Shown: positions 1 through 12,094, numbered from the stretch's first letter. The stretch is 64,000 nt of DNA from Octopus vulgaris (GCA_951406725.2 OX597818.1:129270001-129334000); one strand, 5' to 3'. A program made the numbers and translations. Notes: generated by a model not told the origin, from the sequence alone.

Positions 1-364
1 GAGCACCGCCTTTAGTCGAGCAAATTGACCCCGTGACTTATTCTTTGTAAGCCCAGTACTTATTCTATCGGTCTCTTTTGCCGAACCGCTAAGTGATGGG
101 GACGTAAACACACCAGCATCGGTTGTCAAGCAATGCTAGGGGGACAAACACAGACACACAAACATATACACACACACTTATATATATATATACATATATA
201 CGACAGGCTTCTTTCAGTTTCCGTCTACCAAATCCACTCACAAGGCATTGGTCGGCCTGGGGCTATAGCAGAAGACACTTGCCCAAGATGCCACGCAGTG
301 GGACTGAACCCGGAACCATGTGGTTGGTTAGCAAGCTACTTACCACACAGCCAATCCTGCGCCT
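1..364 (-). mobile_element. tRNA-derived SINE family S1 (head AGGCGCAGGA..TGGCTGTGTGGTAAG, internal (TA/TG)n), runs off the window start
   Basis: Minus strand has A-box-like TGGCTGTGTGG and B-box-like GGTTCAGTCCC. Near-identical to copies at 1346-1769 and 52334-52740. Confidence 0.9.
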
Positions 365-651
365 AGGATTACATTTTGGAATGTGTCCTCTTTATTAAGA
401 TAGCAAGAAATAAATTGGGAAATATTAAGCTGCTATTTCTAGGAGAATAAATTACCATATAGAGACTTCCTAGATGGTTCAACAGTGTAACTGTTTATCA
501 TAGTGATAATTTATACCTAAAGTTATTTGGACCGATTCACAGAGTGTGTATGTGTGTATTATTTATAATATATATATTATGTATATATAAAAGTGGGTTG
601 ACAAAAGAAAGGAAGAGGCACTGAATGCATCTAGTAGGAGTTACATATATT

Positions 652-1048
652 CTTTTCTACTCAAGGCACAAAGCCCGAAATTTTGGGGGAGGGGACCAGT
701 CAATTAGATCAACCCCAGTACACAACTGGTACTTAATTTATCGACCCTGAAAGGATAAAAGGCAAAGTTGACTTTGGCAGAATTTGAACTCAATATAATG
801 ACAGATGAAATACCTATTTCTTTATTACCCACAAGGGGCTAAACACAGAGGGGACAAACAAGGACAGACATAGGTATTAAGTCGATTACATCGACCCCAG
901 TGCGTAACTGGTACTTAATTTATCGACCCCGAAAGGATGAAAAGGCAAAGTCAACCTTGGCGGAATTTGAACTCACAACGTAATGACAGAGTGAAATACC
1001 GCTAAGCATTTTGCCCGACATGCTAACGTTTCTGCCAGCTCGCCACCT
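652..1048 (-). mobile_element. SINE family S2 dimer (core GTCGACTTTGCCTTTCATCCTTTCGGGGTCGATAAATTAAGTACCAG)
   Basis: Two cores in tandem with different tails. A 17-bp direct repeat TAGGAGTTACATATATT flanks the unit (635-651 and 1049-1065). Confidence 0.9.
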
Positions 1049-1236
1049 TAGGAGTTACATATATTATTATTTAAAACAGTTTAATTCAGCCCCATGCAAC
1101 TTAAGGTCTTGTAGGGTTCTTACAGAAACCTAGTCATTGAACTCAGCCAAATCAGGCCATCTGACTCTGTAGGATAAGTTTCTATAAGAAGCCTATGAAA
1201 CTTTCAGGTGCATAGGGCTGACTCAAACTGTATATG

Positions 1237-1273
<37 letters not shown>

Positions 1274-1345
1274 TGTGTGCATGTGCATGTGTATGTATAT
1301 GTGTGCATATATGTGCAAGTGTACACACACAAACACACTCTTACA

Positions 1346-1556
1346 CTTTTACTCTTTTACTTGTGTCAGTCATTTGACTGCGGCCATGCTGGAGCACCGC
1401 CTTTAGTCGAGCAAATCGACCCCAGAACTTATTCTTTGTAAGCCCAGTACTTATTCTATCAGTCTCTTTTGCCGAACCGCTAAGTGACGGGGACATAAAC
1501 ACACCAGCATCGGTTGTCAGGCAATGCTAGGGGGACAAACACAGACACACAAACAT

Positions 1557-1605
<49 letters not shown>

Positions 1606-1769
1606 TACGACAGGCTTCTTTCAGTTTCCATCTACCAAATCCACTCACAAGGCATTGGTCGGCCCGGGGCTACAGCAGAAGACACTTGCCCAAGATGCCA
1701 TGCAGTGGGACTGAACCCGGAACCATGTTGTTGGTTAGCAAGCTACTTACCACACAGCCACTCCTGCGC
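1346..1769 (-). mobile_element. SINE S1, near full length
   Basis: Same head, body and ..ACAAGTAAAAGAGTAAAAG tail as the other S1 copies. Confidence 0.9.
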
Positions 1770-3145
1770 CACACACACACACACTTAGAAAATGGGCATT
1801 GGTCAGTCCAAGATTTGGTAGAAAACACTTGCTCAAGATATGCTGTATGGTAGGATTGAACCTTGAATCAAGAGGTTGTAAAGTGAATTGTTTAACCACA
1901 CAGCCATGCCTGAAGCACCCATATTGACTTATTTAAAGAAAATTGTTTGACCACATAGCGTTACCATTTAGTCTCTCTTCAGAATCCTATTTATTCCTTG
2001 ATTTGAAATATTTGAACTAACAAACATGGAAATAAAATTTGGTTGATTTAAAAAAAAAAAAATTTTTTTTGGTTTAAATAAATAAAAAAAAAAAAAAAAA
2101 CAAACATCAAAGTGCTTTCTTGACCTTTCCTGAATATCTGACCTTTTACATTTTTAAAATTCTTTTCTATTTTTTTATATATTTATATTCGTTTATTATT
2201 TTGCTTTTTTTTTTTTTTCAAATTTTTTTTACAACCAATGCGACTGTAATATTATCCGCTTCATTTCTTTCCATAAAGTAAACTAATAGGACCAGGGAAG
2301 TATGTGCATGTGTGTATGTGTGCTGGTGTATGTGTTTCTGTGTGTGTATGTGAATGGGGTGGTGGGGGTGAGAGTAAACCAACACCAACAACAACAAAAA
2401 CATATTCGATGCTTTGAACAAATTTTTCCTTGTTTTTCTTTCTTTTTTTTTTTGTTTTTCTTTTGGTGGTGGTTGATATTTATCTTTCCTTTTGCGCACT
2501 TGTGTGAGTATGCGTGCGTCTGCGAGAACATGTATGTGTGTGATATTTTCCACTATTTTAGTACGGACCATTAGTTTACATAATGTTAAGTGTGTTCGCT
2601 ATTGGTAACTGTGTTTAATTAGTTAATTTATATTTGTGTATGAGTGCATGTATATGTGTGTGTGTGTATGTGTGTGTGTGTGTGCACATATCAATCTTTC
2701 TATAGATGTGCATGATTGTGTGTATATATATTTGTATGTGTTTGTATCTACAAGCCAGTGTGTATCTATGTATGTATACATATATATATCTATATATACA
2801 CATACATACATGCATATGAATATACACACATATATGTATGTCTATGAATGTGTTTGAATTTATTCATTTATATGTATGTATGTATATATGAATGCATGTA
2901 TATATATGTGTGTTTATGAGTTTCTATGTGCAGACATGTGTATGCCATAAGCAAAATTACTATCACAATTATAGCTCTACATTTTCTATGGATGAAAAAA
3001 GAAAATAACACAAAAAAATCTAATCCTAACAGAAAAGATTAGATATGATATGCACACAGACACACAGAGATAAATACACAAACATACAGACTTAAATATA
3101 TACACATGCATATATATATATACACACACACATACACATACATAT

Positions 3146-3176
<31 letters not shown>

Positions 3177-3367
3177 CAGATGCATGCAAATATATAAAAA
3201 AAATAAAAATAGAATAAAGAAAAGAGACCCTCGACATTAACTTTTGCCAAAAGAAAATTCAATTTTTCAAAATATATAAAGACTTTTATTCTTCAACAAT
3301 TAACACTCTACTGAAAATGTGAAGCAAGACGCAAGATTATTATTGTTAATATCATTATTATTATTAC

Positions 3368-3413
<46 letters not shown>

Positions 3414-3917
3414 TATTTATTTTTTTAATTTTTTTTCTGCAGCAATTCATATTAATGATGCTTGAAGAAAACCTGTAAATGAAATGAAAGGCAGTGAGCA
3501 GAATGGTGGGGTGGGGATGGGGGATATGACACAGAAAAAAAAGAAACAAATAAACAGACAAATAAACAGTACAACAACAACAACAACCAAATACACACAC
3601 ACACACATATATACATACATACACATATATATATATATATATATAAATTGCTGATCTCCCTTGAAGATGTTGAGCAGAAGAGAAGAAGTGACTAAATGGA
3701 CATGAATATAGATGTCTCTCGGCAAATAAATACTAGACATCTTTTATCTTGAAAACTCAACAACTGGCCTGAGATGAAGGTTACAACTAATTATTACAAA
3801 GAACTCTTCTTCCTCCCCTGGAGGGCTATGCCGTGACTAGATTTTTGGAAGAATCAAGAAGAGATCTAAGTTATTTAAAGACCATCAAAACTAGTTGTTT
3901 GTAATAGTTGTTGTTGC

Positions 3918-3975
<58 letters not shown>

Positions 3976-4284
3976 ATTATTATTGTTTTTGTTTTTGTTG
4001 TTGTTATCGTTATGATTATTATTACTATTATTATTATGATTATGATTATCATTACAGAGTGGTAAATGCCAGAAACAGTAGATGCCAGATAGAAATATGT
4101 TATAGTATATTTGGTTATGTCCTTTTACATTTTGAGTTCAAATCCTGATCAGATCAATTTAACTTTCGACATTCAATAGTCATTAAAAGAAAGTACCAGT
4201 GAAGAACTGGAGTCGATGTGATTTTATGCCTATCTTTCAATTTGCAGCGTTGCATCTATGTTAGAAATCCTTCTTCTCCTCATT

Positions 4285-4530
4285 GGAGAGGGAAGTGCTG
4301 TTCTCGAGTGAGTTTTTGAAATGTGGGTGAAAGTTAAGAAAATTGCATGAGTGGATAGTACCTCTCTAAGTGTAGACCTTTGAGTCAGAGAAAGGGAATT
4401 GGAAAGGGGACTTGTCCTTGGTTTTCAGGGAAATTTTGGATTGTGGGGTTCCTTGATTATTCCCAGGGGTCATCCTGTATCAGGAGGACTACATCTCTAT
4501 CATCCCCACCCTTTTTATCAAACCTTTAAT
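4285..4530 (+). mobile_element. Decayed L1-Tx1-like LINE 3' end
   Basis: GGAGAGGGAAGTGCTG..TTTTTGAAATGTGGGTGAAAG aligns with the ORF2 C-terminus seen at 44310-44410 (EREVLS..F..RWV). Confidence 0.5.
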
Positions 4531-5154
4531 ATTTGATCTGGCTTAATTTCATGTTCAAATCCCAACAAAGCCAAATTTACCTTTAAACCTTCTGGGGTTC
4601 AATAAAATGAAATATCAAACAAGCAACTATGTCTATGCTGACTATGTCCATAGGGATCAATCCCCAAAACATTAAAACAACAAGCTATGAAACAATGAGG
4701 GAGTACCTACCTGGTCACATGCTCTACTAGAAATAGCAACCACATATCTTTCCAGCCCTGTTAAGCTTAAGAACACATTGAATCATGTGGTCCTAGTTAA
4801 CATTAAAGGGGTAAGATGGCTATTGGATTATATAAGGCATTTTTTGTCATGTTCCCTTAACCAAGCTAAATGACAACAATTTAATTTGGAGGAAATTCAG
4901 TAAAATATTTCCTTTAATGTAAATTAACTGAAAGAAATTAAGATTGTGAAAAATATATAAAACCAAATTACTGATAACTTCATTTACTTTAGCACTGAAC
5001 AACTGGATGATAAAAACATGTGTGACAAAAAAATTTTTAATGAAATGTTTCTAAGAAAAAGAACTATTTATAGACAAGCTTTGTGTTAAATAAAACTGTA
5101 CTTCATATCACTGCTGACATGCATGTCATAGGTTCAATATGATTTCACTGATGT

Positions 5155-5580
5155 AAAGACGTTAAGATACCAGGAAAAATGCTCTGTAGCATTTTGTCTG
5201 TCTTCATGTTCTGAGTCCAAATTCTGCTGAGACCAACTTTGCTTTTCCTGCTTTTGAGGTCGATAAAATAAATACCAGTTGAGAACAGGGGTCTATGCAA
5301 CTGACTTACCCGGCTCTGCTGAACTTGCTGGTCTTGTGCCAAAATTTGAAAACAATATCTGTTTCTTTATTACCCACAAGGGACTAAACATAGAGGGGAC
5401 AAACAAGGATAAACAAACGGATTAAGTCGATTACATCGACCCCAGTGCGTAACTGGTACTTAATTTATCGACCCCGAAAGGATGAAAGGCAAAGTCGACC
5501 TGGGCGGAATTTGAACTCAGAACGTAACGGCAGACGAAATACGACTACGCATTTCGCCCGGCGTGCTAACGTTTCTGCCA
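5155..5580. mobile_element. Two S2 SINEs tail-to-tail (+ ~5155-5357; - ~5361-5580)
   Basis: S2 core present on both strands. Confidence 0.85.
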
Positions 5581-6569
5581 AGATTTCTTAATGTTACAGA
5601 ATTCAAAGCTACAGCTGTGAGATACATATAGCAAAAATGATGTTACTCCACTGAAGGACTTAACTCCCAGCATCAATATTCTCATCTCTTCATGACTTGC
5701 CCAAATTAGCAAACATCTTTAACCAATACTTTTCTTAGATATAGACCAAACTAGTTGTGTCAGAATTTGATTTTTCCTTATTGCCTGAAAGAAAGACTTT
5801 TCCTAATTTATATAAATACTACAGTAGTACCTATCATATGACAAATGATGCTTGAAAATACCTTCACCACCACAGGTAGTATCAAATAAAGTTACATTGG
5901 TAGAATTATTATGGTTTAATTTTTTTTCAAATTCCATGATACTTATTATACAAAACAATGAAATGAATACCAATTTTAAAAATGAAAATATTTATTAAAT
6001 TAAAATATAAAAAAATTAATTTCTCATTTGTATATTTGCAATAGATATGTTATTAATAACGATGATATTGATGTAACATATTAAATAATTTCATATAAGG
6101 TAGTATGATATCTTTAGTGTGACCAAGCAACTAAAAGAAAGTATTGTTAGTGTTGATGTGTGTGTGTTTGTGTGTGTGTGTGTGAGAGAGAGAGAGTGTG
6201 TGTGTGTGAGTGTGAATGTGTGTGTGTGTGTGACTGTGAGAGCGTATGTGTGCATGATTAGATGAATTCTCCATTGGTTTAGATGATAACCATTCAGTTG
6301 TTTAATTAACTAAATGTCCAATGCACGAATTTAATGTTTAGAGGCTAAGTGTTCTTCAGACATATACACTTCATCTGATACACTTCCACACAGTTTCATT
6401 TTCAAAATTTCACTCACCAGGCTTGGACTGAACCAAAACTGTGGTAAAAAACACTTGCTTCAGATGCCTTGCAATGGGATCGAACCCACTAGTGTATTAT
6501 TGCAAAGCAAACTTCTTCACCACTGAGCTGCACCTACATCTATGTATAAGTAGTGTTCAAAAGGTGAAG

Positions 6570-6882
6570 GTGCATGGTTTAATGCATAGGGTATTTGGCT
6601 CATGATCATAAAGTCGTGAGTTCAATACCTGGTGGTGTATTGTGTCCCTGAGTAAGACGCTTTATTTCACATTGCTTTAGTCCATTCAGCTGGCAAAAAT
6701 GAGTAGTGTCTGTATTTCAAAAGCCCAGCCTTGTCACATTGTGTGTCATGCCGAATCTTCCCAACAACTATGTTACTATGTTAAGGGTACATATATCTGA
6801 GGAATGCTCAACTACTTGCATGTTAATTTCATGTTGATTGAATCAACTTGAACACTTGCTGTCATAACCGACAAAGTGCCAG
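6570..6882 (+). mobile_element. Decayed tRNA-SINE sharing its 3' half with 7399-7779
   Basis: B-box GAGTTCAATACC, CORE-like CCTGAGTAAGACGCTTTA, shared tail TGTATTTCAAA..CCTTGTCAC..AACCGAC. Confidence 0.7.
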
Positions 6883-7398
6883 TGTCCAAAAGATAAACCT
6901 GTGGTAGTTTCAATGAATTTGATAATCTTTCTAATTCTTTATGGAAGTTTTGAAAGCCATATTGTTTTCAATATTTTGAGTGACATATTTACACTTCTTA
7001 TGAAGAATTAACATCAAAGCTATCCACTGTAGAAGAGAATAACAGATATAAATAGCTGAATTTAGAAAGAAAATCTACAAATATATTAGGAAGGCATTAG
7101 TAAGGGCATCCAGCCTTAGAAACCGTACATCAACAGATTGCTGGAGTCTGGACAGCTCCCTGCTAGCTAGCTAGCTCCAAGTCAAACCATCCAATCTGTG
7201 CCAGCATGGAAAGCAGATGTCAAATGATGATGGATGATGAAATATATATAGGTATATTGCTTGTATGTGTTTTCAGAGATGTTACTATAGAAAATATGTC
7301 CTCAGAAGCTGTTATACCCTATGTATCATTATATGTTTGCAGTTTGCTGTTACACCCGATGAATTGAATGTTTTTCCTTACCAGTCGTATGTCTAGTG

Positions 7399-7779
7399 TG
7401 GAGGCGCAATGGCCCAGTGGTTAGGGCAGCGGACTCGCAGTCGTAGGATCGCGGTTTTGATTCCCAGACCGGGCATTGTGAGTGTTTATTGAGCGAAAAC
7501 ACCTAAAGCTCCATGAGGCTCCGGCAGGGGATGGTGGTGATCCCTGCGGTACTCTTTCACCACAACTTTCTCTCACTCTTACTTCCTGTTTCTGTTGTAC
7601 CTGTATTTCAAAGGGCCGGCCTTGTCACTCTCTGTGTCACGCTGAATATCCCCGAGAACTACGTTAAGGGTACACGTGTCTGTGGAATGCTCAGCCACTT
7701 ACATGTTAATTTCACGAGCAGGCTGTTCCGTTGATCGGATCAACCGGAACCCTCATCATCGTAACCGACAGAGTGCTTC
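7399..7779 (+). mobile_element. Full-length tRNA-derived SINE S3 (resembles octopus OR-type SINEs)
   Basis: A-box TGGCCCAGTGG, B-box-like GGTTTTGATTCCC. 13-bp TSD CGTATGTCTAGTG at 7386-7398 and 7780-7792. Confidence 0.9.
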
Positions 7780-8482
7780 CGTATGTCTAGTGAAAATTAC
7801 TAACTAATAACAAACATTGGCTTCAGCCTTCATACATTAATTTCTGGTTGTGATTTTTCTGCAAGATTAACATGTTGTCAATCCTCTTCTCATTGTTCTG
7901 CTTAGTATACACACACAAATGCACAAACATGCTTGTATGCACAAAAGAAAGCAATATCGTTTGAGTTGTTAATCTATAAAATTGCATCTGTCTCAGGGCC
8001 ATGCCAATTTATGGGTCATGGGTTCAATTTCAACAACAGTTGTTTCATTGTTTTTATCGTCTTTTTTTTCTTTTACTGATAATAAATCTTTCATATGTTG
8101 CACTATCACTACACTTTCCCTTCTGGCTAACTATGCACCTGCACTGATGATGCACTAATATAGCTGAAATGCATTATTCATTCAATGCAATCTTGATTCA
8201 TGATTGTCTCAGTTCTTAAATCTGTGCTAGATAAGTACCTTGCTGTTCTTTCTAGTTACCTATGATGTTTTTGTGCTGTGATAGCCAGCTTTTTCAGCCT
8301 TTGGTGACAAAATTTTAATTTCCCAAATAACCTTGATATTGGAATGATACATACATACATACATACATACATACATACATACATACATGCATACATATAT
8401 TTTAGCTTCAGGCAAATGCTTGTAGATAAGCTTTTTATAATATAACATTGCAAACAGGTGTTTTTTTTTTAAGTTTATAACA

Positions 8483-8905
8483 TAGGCGCAGGTGTGGCTG
8501 TGTAGTAAATAAATCTGCTTCCCAACCACATGTTCGTTGGTTCAGTCCCACTGCATGGCACTTTAACCATGCATTTTCAATTATAGATGAGGGCCAACCA
8601 AACTCTTGTGAGTGGATTTGGTACCTGGAAACAGCAAGAAGCCTGTTGTATGTGTGTGTATATGTGTGTGTATGCCCACACATGTATCTTTATGTCTGTT
8701 TACTCACATCACTACCTGACCACTGGTGTTGGTGTGTTTACGTCCCTATAACTTAGCTGCTTGGCGAAGGTGACCAACAGAACGAGTACCAGGGCTTTAA
8801 AAACATAAGTACTAGGGTCAATTTGCTCAACTAAAATTCTTTAAAGCACTGCTCCAGCATGGCTGCAGTCTAATAACTGGAACATGTAAAAGACAGAAGA
8901 TAAAA
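8483..8905 (+). mobile_element. SINE S1, diverged
   Basis: Head AGGCGCAGGTGTGGCTGTG and S1 body/tail. Confidence 0.85.
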
Positions 8906-8958
8906 GACAGATATCATTACTGACATGTAGGCCATAGATGAAAAATTGCTACTCTAAT

Positions 8959-9200
8959 TTACATTATTTACAATTGATGGATATTTGTCCTCATCTTGTT
9001 TGTTGTTAACACAACATTTCGGCTGATATACCCTCCAGCCTTCATCAGGTGTCTTGAGGAAATTTCAAACCTGGGTTCTCATTCCTAAGGTATTTTTCGA
9101 TGTTATTATTATTATTATTATTATTCAGGTTACTGCCTGGAATTGAACTCAGAATCTTGGGGTTACTAGCCAGCACTCTTAATCACTATGCCATATGCCC
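8959..9200 (-). mobile_element. tRNA-headed short element carrying a hammerhead ribozyme
   Basis: Minus strand reads: GGGCATATGGCATAGTGATTAAG (A-box-like), GAGTTCAATTCC (B-box), (TAA)n, body, HHR, then A-rich 3' end. Confidence 0.8.
9008..9053 (-). ncRNA. Minimal type-I hammerhead ribozyme motif
   Basis: GACAC-CTGATGA-A-GGCTG(10 nt)CAGCC-GAAA-TG-TT-GTGTT: stem I, canonical core, 5-bp stem II, vestigial stem III. Confidence 0.8.
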
Positions 9201-9280
9201 ATGGGCATATGGCATAGTGTTTGTTAAGTAGTGATAGGAGTAAACACAGACATAAAGATACATGTGCGTGCATACACACA

Positions 9281-9444
9281 GTTCTGAGTTCAAATTCTGC
9301 CGAGGTCGACTTTGCCTTTCATCCTTTCAGGGTCGATTAAATAAGTACCAGTTATGCATTGAGGTTGATATAATCGACTTAATCCGTTTGTCTGTCCTTG
9401 TTTGTCCCCTCTGTGTGTAGCCCCTTGTGGGCAGTAAAGAAATA
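9281..9444 (+). mobile_element. 5'-truncated S2 SINE
   Basis: S2 core plus the ..GCCCCTTGTGGGCAGTAAAGAAATA tail. Confidence 0.85.
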
Positions 9445-9688
9445 AGCACTGCATTTATCACTCAAAAGTTGATGTTGTTGTTGCTGCAGAGCCATGGATC
9501 AGTTCTGATTAAGTAGAACTGATCAAAAACATACCATCAATGACCATCCCATTATTTTAAACATTTGTGACTGCTTATACTATCAAAGTGTCCTTTTCCA
9601 TAAGATGATAAAGACTTAGAAATATTAAATTTCTAAATGTCTCAAAGAGATATGTGCGGTGGTGGAGCGATCGAGTGGTTGTATACTG

Positions 9689-10005
9689 TCAACTTAACGT
9701 GACAGTCCCGTAAGGGAATTACACCACCGCTGTTTGGCCCTAGGAAGCATCGAACGCTTCCTGTCGGCCTTGACACATTTTCTGTGTCCTTATATTTGTG
9801 TAGGGGAGGCAAGCACCCCTACCAGCCAAGATTCACCAAGTCCTCAGGTGTGAATCCTAGCTGGTGGGGGTGCTTGCTCCCCCCCCCACCCTTGACAAAT
9901 ATAAGGACACAGAAAATGTGTCAAAGCCGACAGGAAGCGTTCGATGCTTCCTAGGGCTAAACAGCGGTGGTGTAATTCCCATACGGGACTGTCACGTTAA
10001 GTTGA
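9689..10005. repeat. ~317-bp near-perfect inverted repeat (foldback element)
   Basis: TCAACTTAACGTGACAGTCCCGTA.. is matched by ..TACGGGACTGTCACGTTAAGTTGA. Arms ~150 bp, short central loop. Confidence 0.95.
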
Positions 10006-10012
10006 TAAAGAC

Positions 10013-10231
10013 TTAATCCTTTGACATTTAAACTGACCATATCTGGCCAAAATATTCTACCTGCTTTATTGTTCAGATCTGGTCCCTTACACCTACCCTA
10101 CAATATCATTCTAAAAATTATCAGTTAGGTCATAAAAACCTGAAAGCTATAAGACAATGAATAATTAATTCTAAAAATGTGAATACATAAGATTTACATT
10201 TGACAGAGTAATCTGAATGCTAAAGAGTTAA
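10013..10231 (+). mobile_element. TTAA-flanked MITE (piggyBac-type)
   Basis: TTAATCCTTTGACATT..GAATGCTAAAGAGTTAA. A partial inverted copy lies at ~26280-26385 (TAACCCTTTAGCATTCAGATTAC). Confidence 0.65.
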
Positions 10232-11551
10232 TTTGGGAGAGATTTGACTTCTATTTCTAGCAGGTCTGGCAACCAATTAGAAGGGCTTTCCCCTCTTTAG
10301 ATCTCAAAAGTTGTATGTCAGCTTCAGGTGTGCGTGTGCGCGGGCATGCATGCATGGATGCGTGTGTGTGCAAGTACGGTGGGGTATAATCAATTTGTAC
10401 CAAAGCTAAAGGTCCCTATTATTGAGTGTTGTTGATATAGCTGGTGTTACCGTTCTTGTTGGAAGTTTTTTTACTGTTGCTTCTGCAATTCTTCTTCTGC
10501 TTCGTGTTATTGTAGTCCTCCTTTGCCAATTTTTGTTGTAGTGATAACTGCTATCATTATTGTTGATATTGTTGTTGTTGTCGTCATCATCATCATTGTC
10601 ATTGCTATTACTGTTGTAGTTATTGTTGTCACCATTGCATTTTTTTGTTTTGCTTTTCTCTTGTCATTGCCGGCATCATTTCAGTGTTCTACTAGGTTAC
10701 TATTGTCTTTCAATGTATGTTTTTTTGCATGATCATTTTATATTGTTCTTGCTTGTTGTTATTGTAGCAGCTGTTGTTTTTGTTGTTACTGCTGCTGCTG
10801 CTTTTGTTGTTGTTGTTGTTGCTGTTGTTGAGATCGATATCAGGAAATTAGCATTAGTTCATTACCATTGCAGAAGGTGAGAACAATTTCAATCTAATTG
10901 CGCAGAAGTGATATCTGCTGCAATATCATCCCAACTACCCCCCACCCCACCACCACCACCACCACCACCACCACCAACCTCCACCACTGCCATTCCCCCC
11001 TACCCACCTGGAACACCTCACAACCAACAGCCCCAGCACCACTCCTAATTTACCTCTCGCCCCCATCAAACGCCTCCTCTTGCTAACCCCAGTCCACACT
11101 TACCAAGCTACCTTCACGAAACATCTTCACTGCACATTATATGCATTCAAATACATATACGACAAACTCCGGAATTGATTGATGTTATATTATCTTTTGT
11201 CTGTTCGACGTTTCGTTACTTCTCTTGTTCTGTTTTTTTTTTAAATTTTTTTTTTTTTTTTTTTAAATTTTGTTTTGCTTTGTTAATTAAAAAAAATTAA
11301 TTGATTAATTTGTTTTTATTTATTTATTTAGCTAGTTTTATTTTTTAATTGTTGTGTTTAAGTTTGGTAAAATAACAAACGGAATGGAATGCAATTTGAG
11401 AAACACAAAAACAACAGATCAGTAGAATTTGATGCAAACACAACAGAATGATGTGTAACATCTTGGAGAGTTGTTATTCTTGTTGTTATAATTGTTGTTG
11501 TTATTATTATTCATCATCATCATCATCATCATTATTATTATTATTATTATT

Positions 11552-12053
11552 CAGTAGTTTTATTTTTATAGCGTGCTTTCACTTCACTACCGAGCGCAGC
11601 TCTGTGTGCCTTGGGTATGTGCTGTGATTTGTTGTGATGCTCTGATGGTTATTGTACGGAAAGTGTTCTGCGTAGGATGTGTGCAGTGCCTAGTAGTGCA
11701 ATTTTCTGTATGTTATATGTGTTTGTAAGTCCTGGTGTTTTTGTTATGTATTTGTCTGAATATTTTTTTTATCATGCCTAATGCACCTACTATGATAGGA
11801 ATTGTTTCTGTTTTCTGATTCCACATTCTAGTTACCTCTATTTCCAGGTCTTTGTATTTTGAGAGTTTCTCCATTTCTTTCAGAGACACGTTGTCATCTG
11901 CCGTATTGATACATCAATTAGAAAGCATTTTTTTTCTTCATGATCTCTGACAACTATATCTGGTCTGTTGGCCTTAATTTCTCTATCTGTGTGTATCGGC
12001 ATATCCCAGAGTATGGTTACTTTCTCGTTTTCTGTGACCTTTTCTGGTGTGTG

Positions 12054-12055
<2 letters not shown>
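11552..12055 (-). mobile_element. R4/Dong-clade LINE, lineage B, 5'-truncated (RLE domain plus 3' UTR), in (TAA)n
   Basis: Encodes VTILWDMPIHTDREIKANRPDIVV..LIDVSI, then after a frameshift KYKDLEIE..KIALLGTAHILRRTL. Flanked by (ATT)n. Confidence 0.9.

Positions 12056-12094
<39 letters not shown>

Noticed and set aside
123-398. Recurrent ORF MSSNARGTNTDTQT.. (also 1514 and 52075)
   Set aside because: Antisense reading of the S1 SINE, not a gene family.
6325-6365. Minus-strand CTGAAGA..TAAACATT resembling the 15386 HHR
   Set aside because: No stem II and GAAA mutated; too decayed to support.
7399-7475. tRNA gene
   Set aside because: The tRNA-like head continues into a SINE body with TSDs; no full cloverleaf.
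11200-11230. GACGTTTCG, often the reverse complement of a PLE HHR end
   Set aside because: No matching core or stem II nearby.
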